Source: Paramoeba atlantica
Taxonomy: Eukaryota > Protista > Discosea
DNA length: 64,000 bases
Assembly: GCA_977017575.1 (NCBI GenBank)
Contig: CDRNVI010000044.1
Location: 682,001 to 746,000 of the forward strand
Reading direction: 5' to 3'
Every line of letters starts with the position of its first letter. Position 1 is the first letter of the stretch. The notes under the pieces were generated by a model, which saw only the letters and a program-made list of their open reading frames with translations, did not search any database and had not been told where the DNA came from. Shown piece by piece: positions 1 through 10,519 of this stretch. The position numbers and the translations under genes were made by a program.

Positions 1-53
1 ACCAAGCTGTTCGAAATATAAAACCAATATAAGAGCAGAAATCATCAAAGAAA

Positions 54-905
54 TCACGAATCAGCTAAGGATTGTAATTGATGCGTGAATCGCCTGTGTT
101 TCCATTGATCTGCAGCGAAAGTTAACCAGTGATATACGGGCAGGTGATTTTTTTTTGAATCAATTTTCGAAGTTATCGGTAGTAAGCTTAGGGATTCACC
201 ATCAGTAATACTATCACTGCTATAGGCTTCTATATTGCTTGGATCTTGCTGGTGTTTATCTAGTGAGTGTGAATCATTCGATACGGAAGGCCTACATCGA
301 AGCTGGGCGCTCCATTTCTCGCGCGCGTTCACTCCCCCGCGAGCGAGGTCTACTTCTCTTCGGTACTCATCCCGTACCTGGCCCCCGCTCCATCCTCGTC
401 CCCAATATCTACCTTCGCTTCGTATGTCGCCTCCCCTATCAAAGTCTACCCGAATAGGCCGGTCGTCCATGATTGCCGGATTCAAACATACCAGTCTAAG
501 AAGTTCTGGAAAAAATCGATCTGGCATGTACCTATGTGAGGAATTTGAGCTTTGATCTAGCAAAATATGCCCAACGCGCAACATATCGAGAACACGTTCG
601 GCGTCGTCCCTAGTACGAAACTGAACAAAGCAAAATCCACAAGGCACGCGACTCTCTCGGTTTAAACCCATAATGATGTCCTGTACGTCGCCATGAAGTG
701 TGAAGTAGGTCCACAGCTGCGTTTCGGTCGTCCATTGGGAGAGGTTTCCGACGTAGATTGTGGTGCTGGCGTCACGCTCTTCGCTATACTGAGACAGCAA
801 AGCGGAAGGATCTGCACCCCACTGAGACATGACTCGGCGGTCGACGTATTGTGGCCGAAACCCATGTAATTGTGACCGACGATACGCCTCCATAAGAACC
901 GACAT
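54..905 (-). CDS. CBP20: Nuclear cap-binding complex small subunit (CBP20/NCBP2), RRM protein
   Basis: STTIYVGNLSQWTTETQL, DIIMGLNRESRVPCGFCFVQF, DDRPIRVDFD and GRGWSGGQVRDEYR are CBP20 RRM signatures. Confidence 0.92.
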   Translation of the reverse strand: MSVLMEAYRRSQLHGFRPQYVDRRVMSQWGADPSALLSQYSEERDASTTIYVGNLSQWTTETQLWTYFTLHGDVQDIIMGLNRESRVPCGFCFVQFRTRDDAERVLDMLRVGHILLDQSSNSSHRYMPDRFFPELLRLVCLNPAIMDDRPIRVDFDRGGDIRSEGRYWGRGWSGGQVRDEYRREVDLARGGVNAREKWSAQLRCRPSVSNDSHSLDKHQQDPSNIEAYSSDSITDGESLSLLPITSKIDSKKNHLPVYHWLTFAADQWKHRRFTHQLQSLADS

Positions 906-1424
906 ATGAAAAACAATGAATATTATTTGAACAAATTAAATAGAAAGACGCTTCGAAAACTATAAGGGCACCGTATACCCCCCAGTATATTAAGTAACTT
1001 CTATGTCCTTTAGCCCTCCCCCCCTTTTTTTTTTGTTGAAAACTACCTCTGCGTTTAACGAAGAGAGTAAAACAGAACAGTTTACCAAAGGACCAAGAAT
1101 AATCTGTTTTTGAGGTGAAAAATCGGGCGAAAAACACCCTTGGTTATCCTGCACTCAAACTGTACCCAAAAATGACCTTTTTTCACTTTTTAGAAAAGAA
1201 AATTGTTAAAAACTGTTTTTTTCAATTCGTTAGCGATATTTGAGCCACATATTACCAATTTTTTTATTCCATTCGTCTATCATGGACTGCTCCTCGTGTA
1301 CCACATTTGCTTGCTTGCCGTTTGTTACGTCGATTTTGCAAATAACGGCCGAAAATATGGAGTTTTGGCTGAAGAACGAATTTTTCGGAGAACGTACGCC
1401 ATGCTTTCGCTGTGGAGTAAACCA

Positions 1425-2836
1425 CCGTCCGGGTTATTATACCTAGGGACACCTATTGTACCTCCTAGGTATAATAAGTGTCCCCAGGGTCCTTATTATA
1501 CCTCCCCCCTACCGCATCATTTTTATCAATTTTTCTGATTTCCCCCCTGATTTATGCCACAAAGACGGGATTACGGACGATCGCCCTAACATACATTAAC
1601 ACCCCGAAAGGGTTAATTAAACCCTAACACTCCGAAGGGGTTAATTCTTCGCCTGGACACGTAAAAGCATGCTGGTGCACGCTCTTTGTTGTCGACTACG
1701 AAGCAACACAATCTTTTCCCCTCAATGCGCGTAAATTTCAGTGTTGCGTTTGATGAGGAAAACAAGAAATCAGATTCACATTGTCAAGAGTTTTGACCAG
1801 TTGGGGTACAGTAACCACGAAAATATACAGGGGGGTGCACGAAAATATGGGGGGGTCAAAATTCTTATAACTCGGCCAATTTTGGAAAATAATAGCGCAT
1901 TCGAGATCTCTCACAGAGTTACGTGTCATGTGATATTACGTTTTACGTAGTTTCCAGGTATATGCATTCTCCTGAATACCGTAAAAAGGGCAACTGCAAG
2001 TTTCTTTTTCTGGTAAAAAGAAAGTTAGTATCCACAATTTCCACCTTTTCTCTCCAACACAATTTTCACACGCGTTGGAACACTCTTTAAAGTCCTCAAA
2101 AATACATCGTATTACGCCCCTTTTAATTTTTCGACCCCAGAAGCGATCGCTCGTCTCAAATCTGTACGATTCGTTGGACAAAGCGAGTTTTTATGCTCGT
2201 CCATATCAGAATCGAGAATTTTTTAACCAAGAGTATCCTCCGAGCTGCTTTAAGTTGCCCACAAGGCGAATAACAAAATCTACTCCGTTTCTGCACCTTT
2301 TTATTATTCGAATATAACCTTTTCTGGGGCATAGTACTGTATTAGACTCAAAAACGTCGATAAATTCACAAAAAAAGCATTTTTTTCAAAAAACTGCAGA
2401 ATTTTGCACTTTGAAAAATCATGATTTTTTTAATTTTTTAATAAATTTAAAAATGCGGGAAACGCATTATCACATGACACGTAACTCTGTGAGAGCTCTC
2501 GAATGCGCTATTATTTCCCCAAATTGGGCGAGTTATAAGAATTTTGACCCCCCCCATATTTTCGTGCACCCCCCTGTATGTATTCATGACATTCATGTTC
2601 TTTTACCCCTGAAAGGGCAAGAAAATAACCCCCCCACACTCGCGCACGTTTCCCCACGCGCAATAGGAAAACTTGCAAATGGATCATAACATGTTGTGGG
2701 CAATACGAAAAAGAACGCGCCGCGAAGTGGCGCGAATTTTTTTTACCCTTTTTGCAAAGCAAAGTTATTATACCTAGGGACACTTATTATACCTAGGGAC
2801 ACTTATTATACCTCCTAGGTATAATAACCCGGACGG
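1425..2836. mobile_element. Non-autonomous TIR element (CCGT-start TIR) hosting a nested MITE
   Basis: ccgtccgggttattatacctagg at 1425 is inverted at the 2836 end (cctaggtataataacccggacgg), which is followed by TA; subterminal repeats of tatacctagggacact. Confidence 0.7.
1828..2576. mobile_element. Tc1/mariner-like MITE with ~120-bp TIRs and TA TSD
   Basis: TA-cagggggg tgcacgaaaatatgggggggtcaaaattcttataactc... is mirrored at ~2455-2576 and ends ccccctg-TA; terminus resembles the element at 14384. Confidence 0.85.
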
Positions 2837-3204
2837 TAGTTCACCCTCGGAAGACCATTTCATTTCACTTTCAGTGCCGGCAGAGCATCTTCCTGTCGTA
2901 CGACGACTGTTATCAGCGGCCATTACAGCGCATTCAACGCCGGTCGTACGCGGGGATTCGGCCTATGGCCACGCCGCGTGGTCCTCAAGGGAGGTCCTGC
3001 AGCGCCTGGGGGGGTGAAGGGGGCACTGGACTTCAACTGCGGGGAGCGTCGTTGAGAGGCTCTCCCCGGCGTCCATCCAGAGGGGGCATTCGGCGCGTCT
3101 GACGCGCTGCACGTGAGCGCGAAGCGGTGGCCCCTCTTTAACGGAAAGATGAGTTTCCGGCCCCAGCGCCAGCCGGAAACGGACATACATAAAAGGTTAA
3201 GAAT

Positions 3205-3510
3205 ATGCCCGTTTCCCGGAAAAAAAAGGATGAACTAGGGAAAATGTACCAACAAGGTACAGAAACTGTATCTTTATTCAATGTTTCAAAAGACTTGCAG
3301 GCAGATCGAAATGCCTTCCGAAAGTTTCCGGAATTTGGTCACCTGTTTCCTCTAAACTGTAATATTGAAACAAATTTCGCGTTTGGCTCCTTGTAGGCCA
3401 AGGTAACCACCCAATCAACATAGCAATGCAAGCTCGTCGACGCATTCGTTCGATTTATAAGGAAGTTCCTGAAATTCAGCACATTTTTGGCATTTTACGT
3501 GGACCACATA
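3205..3510 (+). pseudogene. Probable N-terminal part (Zn ribbon/HTH) of a Merlin transposase, split from its DDE part by two insertions
   Basis: Frameshifted CP..KKRM....YLY..KTCRQ...SFRN and KFRVWLLVGQG..IAMQ; spacing to VMVDE at ~5480 is plausible once the insertions are removed. Confidence 0.4.
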
Positions 3511-4834
3511 CCGTAGACCCCCCCAGTAATCGATTTTGTAGAATCGATTTTGTAGTAGAATCGATTTTGGGGCGAAATGGCCAAATCCTTATTACTGGGG
3601 GGGGTATGCTTTTTGGGTGAGAAAGGACTTTTTTTTTGCAAATAATTGGGGGGAAGAGTACGAATTCTAACTTTTCTTTTATACTACTACGACTTTCCTA
3701 CTTCATTTCTTAACATTCCCGTATCTTACTCACTTTTTCCCCTTAACGCGTTTCCACCTACCCGCTTTCCCGTTAACGACTTTCCACTTATTCACTTTCC
3801 CTTTCCCACTTTCCCTTTACCCACTTTCCCTTTACCCACGTTCCCTTTACCCACTTTCCCTTTACCCACTTTCCCTTTACCCACTTTCCCTTTACCCACT
3901 TTCCCTTTACCCGTTTTCCGCTTAACTTTTTCCCCTACCCCCTGTCTCCTTTTCCACTTCCCCACGACCTCCAAATCATTCGCGCAAGAAGATCACTAAG
4001 CAAGGTGCAGATCGCCGGGTCCGGAAACAACTTCGAAACCCACCTACCTCGCACTTTGTTTTACTCACTTTCCTACTTTCCCCTACCCAACTTTTCAACT
4101 TTTCAGGGAGGGTATGGTCTCCCTCAGCTTCGTTTCACCCGGACTGCAGGTGGCTCCCCAACCATTCGCGCGTTCCGGACCGGGTTCTTCGACCTTTACA
4201 CGGCCTGACTTGTGAACCCTTTCCTTGTTATACGGGAGGGCGCAGGCGCGGGCCTGTGTCGACAGCGACACGGTCACGAAACAGGATGCTGGCCGACGGG
4301 GAGGAGATTCACTACCCGTGTACTACCTCACTTGGGGTACCTAGCCCTCGCGAGCTAGGCGTGAGCATAGACTCTGTCGGCCCGACCAGCACCCGTCCTG
4401 CATACCATGGCGTCTCGCTCAGGAGTTCTGAGCCCGGATGGCCTTACTGCCCTTCCAGGGGCGTTTTTTATTTGCAAGCAATCAAATTAGCAATTTCATG
4501 TTTTGGAGCCCAAAACTAGCAATTCGATCTCCCGTAAGTATAAGAACAATAATAATAAAAATAAGCAATCCAGGCCCAATCCATTCGCGCGTTCCGGACC
4601 GGGTCTTTCGACCTCTCCACGGCCTGACTTTTTTTTTGTTCATGAGCGCGTTGATTTTCAGCCCGTCCAACCCCGCAACCGCGCCATTCGCTCCCTCGCA
4701 ACCGCCCTCACCCCGCCCAAACACCCCCTCCCCGCTCCAACGACCCTCCCGAGCCAAATCCTTGTTACTGGGGGTCAGCCGAAAAAGGGCCAAATCCTTG
4801 TTACTGGGGGGGTCTATTACTGGGGGGTCTACGG
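3511..4834. mobile_element. TA-flanked TIR element (CCGTAGACCCCCCAGTAAT termini), non-autonomous
   Basis: TA-ccgtagacccccccagtaat at 3511; attactggggggtctacgg-TA at 4834; internal ~50-bp direct repeat at ~4161 and ~4581. Confidence 0.8.
3794..3912. repeat. 15-bp minisatellite (ccactttccctttac)n, about 7 units, G-rich on the minus strand
   Basis: Tandem units read directly from the sequence; gives the spurious FPLPT/GKVGK ORFs. Confidence 0.95.
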
Positions 4835-4846
4835 TAGTATGTCATA

Positions 4847-5456
4847 CTGTGCCCCCCCCTATAATACGGACAGATTTTTGGACTTTGTCCGTATTAAAGG
4901 GGAGGGGTACTAAAGATGAGAAAATGATTGATGAGAGTTTCTTTTGATGCAATTGGTGAAAGAGGGCGATCTGTAGGGAAAGTAAATTTTACGAGCACAA
5001 ACCAGACTAAAGCGGACGAGGGAGATACTCAATCACAGTCCGGTTTAACATTCCGGGGGGAATGTTAAGTCGTGCTGAGCCACGAGTATGTATTCTTAAG
5101 GAAGAGCATTGGTTACGATAGAAAGTGCCGCGGTAAAACTTATTTTTTGGAACCTCTTATGACGGCCGCACATGGGCGCACCGCAAACCAGGTTTTTAAA
5201 GTCTTATACGGTATCACTTCTGTAGCCGGCTACAGATCTCAACGTAGGACGGACTTGGGGCAAAAGCGACCACTCGGCTGACAAACATCCCTTTGAGTCG
5301 TGCTCTCGAACAATGAAAATCGAAAAAAAGAAAATAAAATGTAAATCGAAACCATATATCGAAAATTTTCGAATTTCTTTCCAAAACAAATTTCAAAAAA
5401 ATCCGTATTAAAGGTGGGGGGATCAGGGGGGTCCGTATTAAAGGGGGGGGTCACAG
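4847..5456. mobile_element. TA-flanked MITE (CTGTG-C7 termini)
   Basis: TA-ctgtgcccccccctataatacgga ... tccgtattaaagggggggg tcacag-TA. Confidence 0.8.
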
Positions 5457-5463
5457 TACCCTA

Positions 5464-5978
5464 ATGAAGTACGTGATGGTGGACGAAACTTATATCGGAA
5501 AGAGGTTGCATCACCGCGGGAGGCAAACTCGCAAACACAAGCTCTGGTTCATGACAGCCACAGAAGTCGACCTAAATACAGGAAGGTCTGTTCAAACGTA
5601 CTGGGAGGCAACTTTGCGATGCACACGATTCCGTTGTCACGATTTCGTCCGATCTGTGATAGATGGACGAAATGCCATGTGATCACTGATGAGTGGAGAG
5701 CATATCGGAGCAGAGATTCCTTTTGCCGCGATTCCAATATTTGCCATGCCGATGCGGTTTCTCGAGAACGCTCTCCCCACGTAAACATTCATATAAACAA
5801 AGCAGAGTCGTCTCATTCTAGTATTAAAGGACATTGCAAGCGCTTTTTCCACAAATGGGGAAGCAGTTTGGAGACATGCCAAGCACGGGCACAATTCTTG
5901 TGCACGGTTTTCTTTAAGACAACAATTGAAAAACGCTTTCAAAAACTAATGACCGTTATGGCGAGGCACTCATCTTAA
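5464..5978 (+). pseudogene. Merlin/IS1595 (ISXO2-like) DDE transposase fragment, frameshifted
   Basis: VMVDETYIGKRLHHRGR, VITDEWRAY and VNIHINKAESSHSSIKG match the Merlin catalytic motifs. Confidence 0.85.
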
Positions 5979-5996
5979 AATAGCGAAAATCACGAA

Positions 5997-6318
5997 ATGG
6001 ATTCTGATGATTCATGTTCAAGTGATGCAGAATCAGAAACTTGCAGTGATGATAGCTCTGCGTCTGAAGATATGCCGACCACCAGATTGGGCAGAGCAGT
6101 TGTTGAGCATATCCGATTGAGACGGAGGTACGGAAGGGACGAAACTGGGCAATATACATGGTAAGTACATGGTACAAGGTGCACCTGACCGTCACTATAC
6201 GATTTATACTGGTCCTAATGGCACTCAGTGCACGTGCCCAGATGGACGTCGAGGCAATCGATGCAAACATATTTATTTCGTCTTAATGAAGGAACTTCGA
6301 CTTGATGAAAATCAGTGA
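5997..6318 (+). pseudogene. SWIM zinc-finger protein relic
   Basis: YMVQGAPDRHYTIYTG..TQCTCPDGRRGNRCKHIYFVL (CxC-x7-CxH); frame broken at a tacatggta duplication (~6155-6175). Confidence 0.6.
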
Positions 6319-6419
6319 TTTTCATTTTAAATCACCCAGTTCTACCAAAATCCGAGTTTACTACTATTTATATACATGTAGCAGTTAGTGTTCTTAGGAT
6401 TTTCCGACGGATGAGAAAA

Positions 6420-6560
6420 AGTTCCAAACAGGCGAAGCTCGTCCAGAAAGGCTCGAAAAACATGAAGAATGATCAGAAAACGATTAGTTTTGACAGAAAT
6501 ATGATATTTATCCTGAAATGGCAATATTTAAATAAGTACGTTTGTGGGGCTTTTATTTAA
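6420..6560. repeat. Dispersed ~130-bp repeat with an inverted copy at ~48655-48785
   Basis: aaacaggcgaagctcgtccagaaag...aatatttaaataag matches the reverse complement of cttatttaaatatt...ctagacgagcttcgcctgttt. Confidence 0.8.
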
Positions 6561-6669
6561 AGGGACTTAAAGTGACAGTATTTAAAAAACCTTTTCATCA
6601 TGCAGCAATCATCACGGGAAGCGATCCTCAGATAAAAACTCAAGAATCTTAAACGTATGTACCCATGTA

Positions 6670-8820
6670 CTAATGCTTATTGCATAGTTCCCATTGCTTC
6701 CAGCATGTATCACAATATGTCCGATAATCAAGATTTACTTTACTAGTAAACCAAACTTGCCGAACTTTCCTACCACATTCATTGCAAGTGGGATAATAGT
6801 GTTTGGGTTCAAATAATTTCCCTCGCTTCAGCGCGGGAAAAATGGCGTGGACGTGATTCTCCCGAACAGTGCAGTGCTCAGAAAGATGCTTTCTTAGGAA
6901 TGACTCTAATGAACTATGGTATCGATGTACCACGATCCAGCTATCGTATACTTTTGTAGCTAATTCACGACGTAATATCTTCAGAGGAACGTGTTCAGGA
7001 TATTGGCTGTAGATAAATTCTCGACACGTGCGCTGTACCTGTTCAACACAACACTGCTTTGATTTCTCAGGTTTCTTCTGAAAAACAAGTGAGTCCCGTA
7101 TCGCAGCTTTCGTTTCAAGAGAATTAAATATGCGTTCTATACATTCTTCCTCCTTAAGTAGAGTACGAAGATAATTTAAATCTTTTTTGGCAGTACGGAA
7201 AAGTTCTTTTGCAATCGAGGTCTTGTCGGGATTCATACGCCACGCCAGGTTAGACGTACTCTCGTATGGATTTTGTATACACATACAAAACCATTCATCT
7301 GAAGCATTGCAGTTCTTTTCATCACCCAAATCGCACCACGCTAGTTCCCTTTTGCTAAGACTCGAAGATTGAACCAAATTTACAACATTTTGATCCCAAT
7401 CGAATTCTTCATAGAATTCGAAGAAGCCGTATATAAGAGTGCCCAGGGAAGGCTCAGTACAACCTGCGAAGCAATCGTCAAAATATTTCTTTACATTTAA
7501 AGATTCATACAGTGAACCCCAATTTGTTTTAGCCTCAGAAGATGCGATGCTCTGTGCGCAGATAAATTCGGCAACATCGCATTGTATAAGAAAAAATATC
7601 CAGAGAAGCACCATGGCAAAGGAATTTAAAAAGCCATTTCGAGAGTCACTAAGCCCACTATTTTTACCCCATCGCTTTATTATGAAGGCCCCTGCTCGAA
7701 ATAGGTCGTTTTGCATGAGGTATGCACGTATCAAATTAGAATTACGAATTCCAGATGCACGAAATGATACGTCGAAATCAAATTTGCAAAGTTCGGGAAC
7801 ATGCATACAGTGTAATTCCGCATTCAAAGGCTTGATAAGGGATTTAAATTTCTTAAATGCATCATTCCGTTCAAAATCAAGAATGCTCTTTTCTTGATTT
7901 TCTTGATTTTGCGCTTTCTGCTTCGTAACACAAAGGCTCATAAATCGTTCTTCGCATGACTTCAACTCTTGAGTACTGTCATTGCAGTTTTTCTCTACGT
8001 GTATCCCACAATTATAACCTGGAGTAAATTTCGAAAAAAGGACATAGAAGTTAAGAGCCGCACTAAAGTTGACAAACGTAACCTCGATAAGGGAATCTTT
8101 AATTTGTATAGCATTGTAACCGCTGAATGACGCGATCATGACTTTTGGAATATTTTGTTCATATTCTAAGGAAACCGAGATTTGCTTTTGCTTGCTAGGA
8201 CGAAAGCTCTGGCGATGAGCGCGGTCTTTCCTTACATGACGAATGACAGGAACTGTAGTCTGCTGTACTTTTTTTATACAAGTCCGGCGAATGCCGATGT
8301 CAACCAGCAATCTCCACATACTATCAAGAAGCGCACCTTCTTTGGAGAAATCCGTTGGAGAAATCGAAAAATTTTCATATGTGCAAGCAAAATCTACGTC
8401 ACACAAACCATCCCAAAATCCAAAGTACAGAGTACTGCCGAAAATTAATACGTTTGGATGCATAAATGTGTTGTGGGCAGCGCCTGCAAAGCAAATCTCA
8501 ATTTGGTTCCTTCCTTCACAAATAATATTCCACATATCCGATCCTGCATCGCAACCTAAAATGCTATCCCAACAATAGAGACTTAGAAGTCGATCCTCCC
8601 CTTTGTTTGAGGACTGCCACATTCCGAAAGGTGGGTCTGCAGGAATTCTCCTAGCAATTCTCCTTTCAAGCGATAAAGAATACTCAATGAAAGTCGAAAA
8701 CTGTTCTACTCTGAATCTTTGTAGGATACATCTCTTAGGATGTATTCTTAGGAGGAAGATATAAATTTCTTTTTTAGTCGCTTCGTTAAACGCGGTGGTT
8801 GTTTTCAACATAGAAGTCAC
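6670..8820 (-). CDS. Terminal uridylyltransferase / non-canonical poly(A) polymerase family, kinetoplastid TUTase-like, with a C-terminal CxxC...CxxC finger. True start is probably downstream of 8770
   Basis: FGSTLYFGFWDGLCDVDF nucleotidyltransferase motif; IIKRWGKNSGL..FLNSFAMVLL; PAP-associated FFEFYEEFDW and CIQNPYE..NLA. Confidence 0.85.
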   Translation of the reverse strand: MTSMLKTTTAFNEATKKEIYIFLLRIHPKRCILQRFRVEQFSTFIEYSLSLERRIARRIPADPPFGMWQSSNKGEDRLLSLYCWDSILGCDAGSDMWNIICEGRNQIEICFAGAAHNTFMHPNVLIFGSTLYFGFWDGLCDVDFACTYENFSISPTDFSKEGALLDSMWRLLVDIGIRRTCIKKVQQTTVPVIRHVRKDRAHRQSFRPSKQKQISVSLEYEQNIPKVMIASFSGYNAIQIKDSLIEVTFVNFSAALNFYVLFSKFTPGYNCGIHVEKNCNDSTQELKSCEERFMSLCVTKQKAQNQENQEKSILDFERNDAFKKFKSLIKPLNAELHCMHVPELCKFDFDVSFRASGIRNSNLIRAYLMQNDLFRAGAFIIKRWGKNSGLSDSRNGFLNSFAMVLLWIFFLIQCDVAEFICAQSIASSEAKTNWGSLYESLNVKKYFDDCFAGCTEPSLGTLIYGFFEFYEEFDWDQNVVNLVQSSSLSKRELAWCDLGDEKNCNASDEWFCMCIQNPYESTSNLAWRMNPDKTSIAKELFRTAKKDLNYLRTLLKEEECIERIFNSLETKAAIRDSLVFQKKPEKSKQCCVEQVQRTCREFIYSQYPEHVPLKILRRELATKVYDSWIVVHRYHSSLESFLRKHLSEHCTVRENHVHAIFPALKRGKLFEPKHYYPTCNECGRKVRQVWFTSKVNLDYRTYCDTCWKQWELCNKH

Positions 8821-8875
8821 TAATGCTGAACGGTTCGCGTTGAAAACTACCTCGGCGTTTAACGAAGCGACTAAA
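8773..8875. repeat. Hairpin repeat family, copy 1 (37-bp arms, 29-nt loop)
   Basis: tttagtcgcttcgttaaacgcggtggttgttttcaac pairs with gttgaaaactacctcggcgtttaacgaagcgactaaa; other copies at 9078-9181 and 31481-31583, half copy at ~1035-1115. Confidence 0.9.
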
Positions 8876-9077
8876 CAAGAACATTTGCCAGGAAAGTCGA
8901 AGAAAACGGTATTGCAACCAAAAATAGCCGATTTTTGGGAAAAACGGGGGTACTTTTACGTTCAGGGCACTAAATCAGACATTTACATGAGAAAGACACT
9001 CGTAGACATGAAATAACCCTACAGAATGTAATGGGTAGAGAATACAGCTCGTCACTCCCAGATTGTTAATTTGTCTT

Positions 9078-9590
9078 TTTTAGTAGTTTCGTTAAACGCG
9101 GTGGTTACTTTCAACTTAAAAGGCACTACTTCTCCGCGCTTCGCGTTGAAAACTACCACGGGGTTTAACGAAACGACAAAAAAAAAGAAAAATTGCCAAA
9201 AGATCATGAATAAACTATTTTTTTCGCCCTCTAATAACTAATTGCGGTGGTTGTATAACTACCGCTCTACACTCGATTAATAATCATTGTTGAAAAAAAG
9301 TGAACAAAAACAGTGAAAATATAAAGAGGAAAACAGTAATAAAATAATTTGTAATAGAAAAAAATATTAAAGGGGGTCCCGGTGGTCGAAAACTGAAAAA
9401 TCAAAAAAATGGGGGTTCCACGGGGGTCCATGGGGGGCGGCCTACGTCGCGTTGTGAAAATTTCGAAATCTTAATTTCCGAAATCGAGCGCAGGAAAGTG
9501 GTAGAGTATGCCTCGGCGATGATTTTCCAACCCCATATTTGGGGGTGACCCCCCCCCGGTACGCGCAGGACGGGTCCAACTTGCATTGGA
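9078..9590 (+). repeat. Hairpin family copy 2 plus ~300-bp body shared with 30921-31190
   Basis: Shared aacagtgaaaatataaag...aagggggtcccggtggtc...tcgaaatcgagcgcagg.aagtggtaga...ggtacgcgc. Confidence 0.85.
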
Positions 9591-10173
9591 GAGTGTTGTC
9601 CAAGACTCCCATCCAGCTGTAAACCATATTTTGGAGAAAAAAGTGCCTCCGCAAAAAATAGAAGATTCGATAGAAGAAAAAATTAGAAGATTCGTTCACC
9701 CGTCTGCAACAGAAATCGGCGCGTGCAGCGCATAATACTTAGTTAAGGAGCGTAATAAATTCACCTTTGCTCCCAGTGAGGCCCCGGATTGGCGTGAAGG
9801 CCGCCATACCCCACAGCTACCACATCCCCCCTTATTTAGCGGGGGTCGCGCGAGAGACCCCTGATCAATTTTTTTTTTCCCGGATCAATGTTTTCTTCAG
9901 TTTTCGTCCACCGGGGCCCCCTTATATATTCTTTTCTTCTATTATACACCCATGGCACACAGACGTGTGCCCCCGTCCTGACAAATGTCGATTTGTTTAT
10001 CCGTTTTTGCTCATTTTTGCAGCATTCGAGAGATCTCGTTCCCGTAGAGAAGAGTTTTGCCGCATTTTGTTTCATAAGGACCAGCTGGTACCTATGTTTT
10101 TTGTGGAACACAGTTATTTTTTCACAATCTATTTTTTCTAACTCATGCTTATTATAAGATATTACGAATAATT

Positions 10174-10478
10174 TTATGAGATATTACGAATGGTTTCTGG
10201 AGAAACATTGCCGATGCCTTCACAGCAGAAACGATTCCGCACTCCCACAGCAGTCCTTTGCGCCCCGCTCTCAATTAGACGCTGAGAGCGCCTTATCGAG
10301 GTCTCAGAGAGCTTTCTAGGGCGACCTCCTTTGTTAATTGAACGCGGCGTCACGTTCATCGACCTTATTGTGCTCACTGCACCTACACTTACTGAGAGTT
10401 TTCAGGATATTTTTCTATGTGAATCGCCATTGTCTATCATTTCATTGACTTGTTTTCGCTTTGAATTCGACGAACGGG
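10174..10478 (-). pseudogene. Tc1-like transposase N-terminal HTH, inverted relative to its DDE part
   Basis: QVNEMIDNGDSHRKIS*KLSVSVGAVSTIR...KGGRPRKLSETSIRR...VSPETIRN. Confidence 0.8.
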
Positions 10479-10519
10479 GTAATACAAAAATATATTGATT
10501 TCTATCTTTTTGTACCCAA

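Noticed and set aside
3646-3999. ORFs with FPLPT and GKVGK repeats
   Set aside because: Translation of the 15-bp minisatellite.
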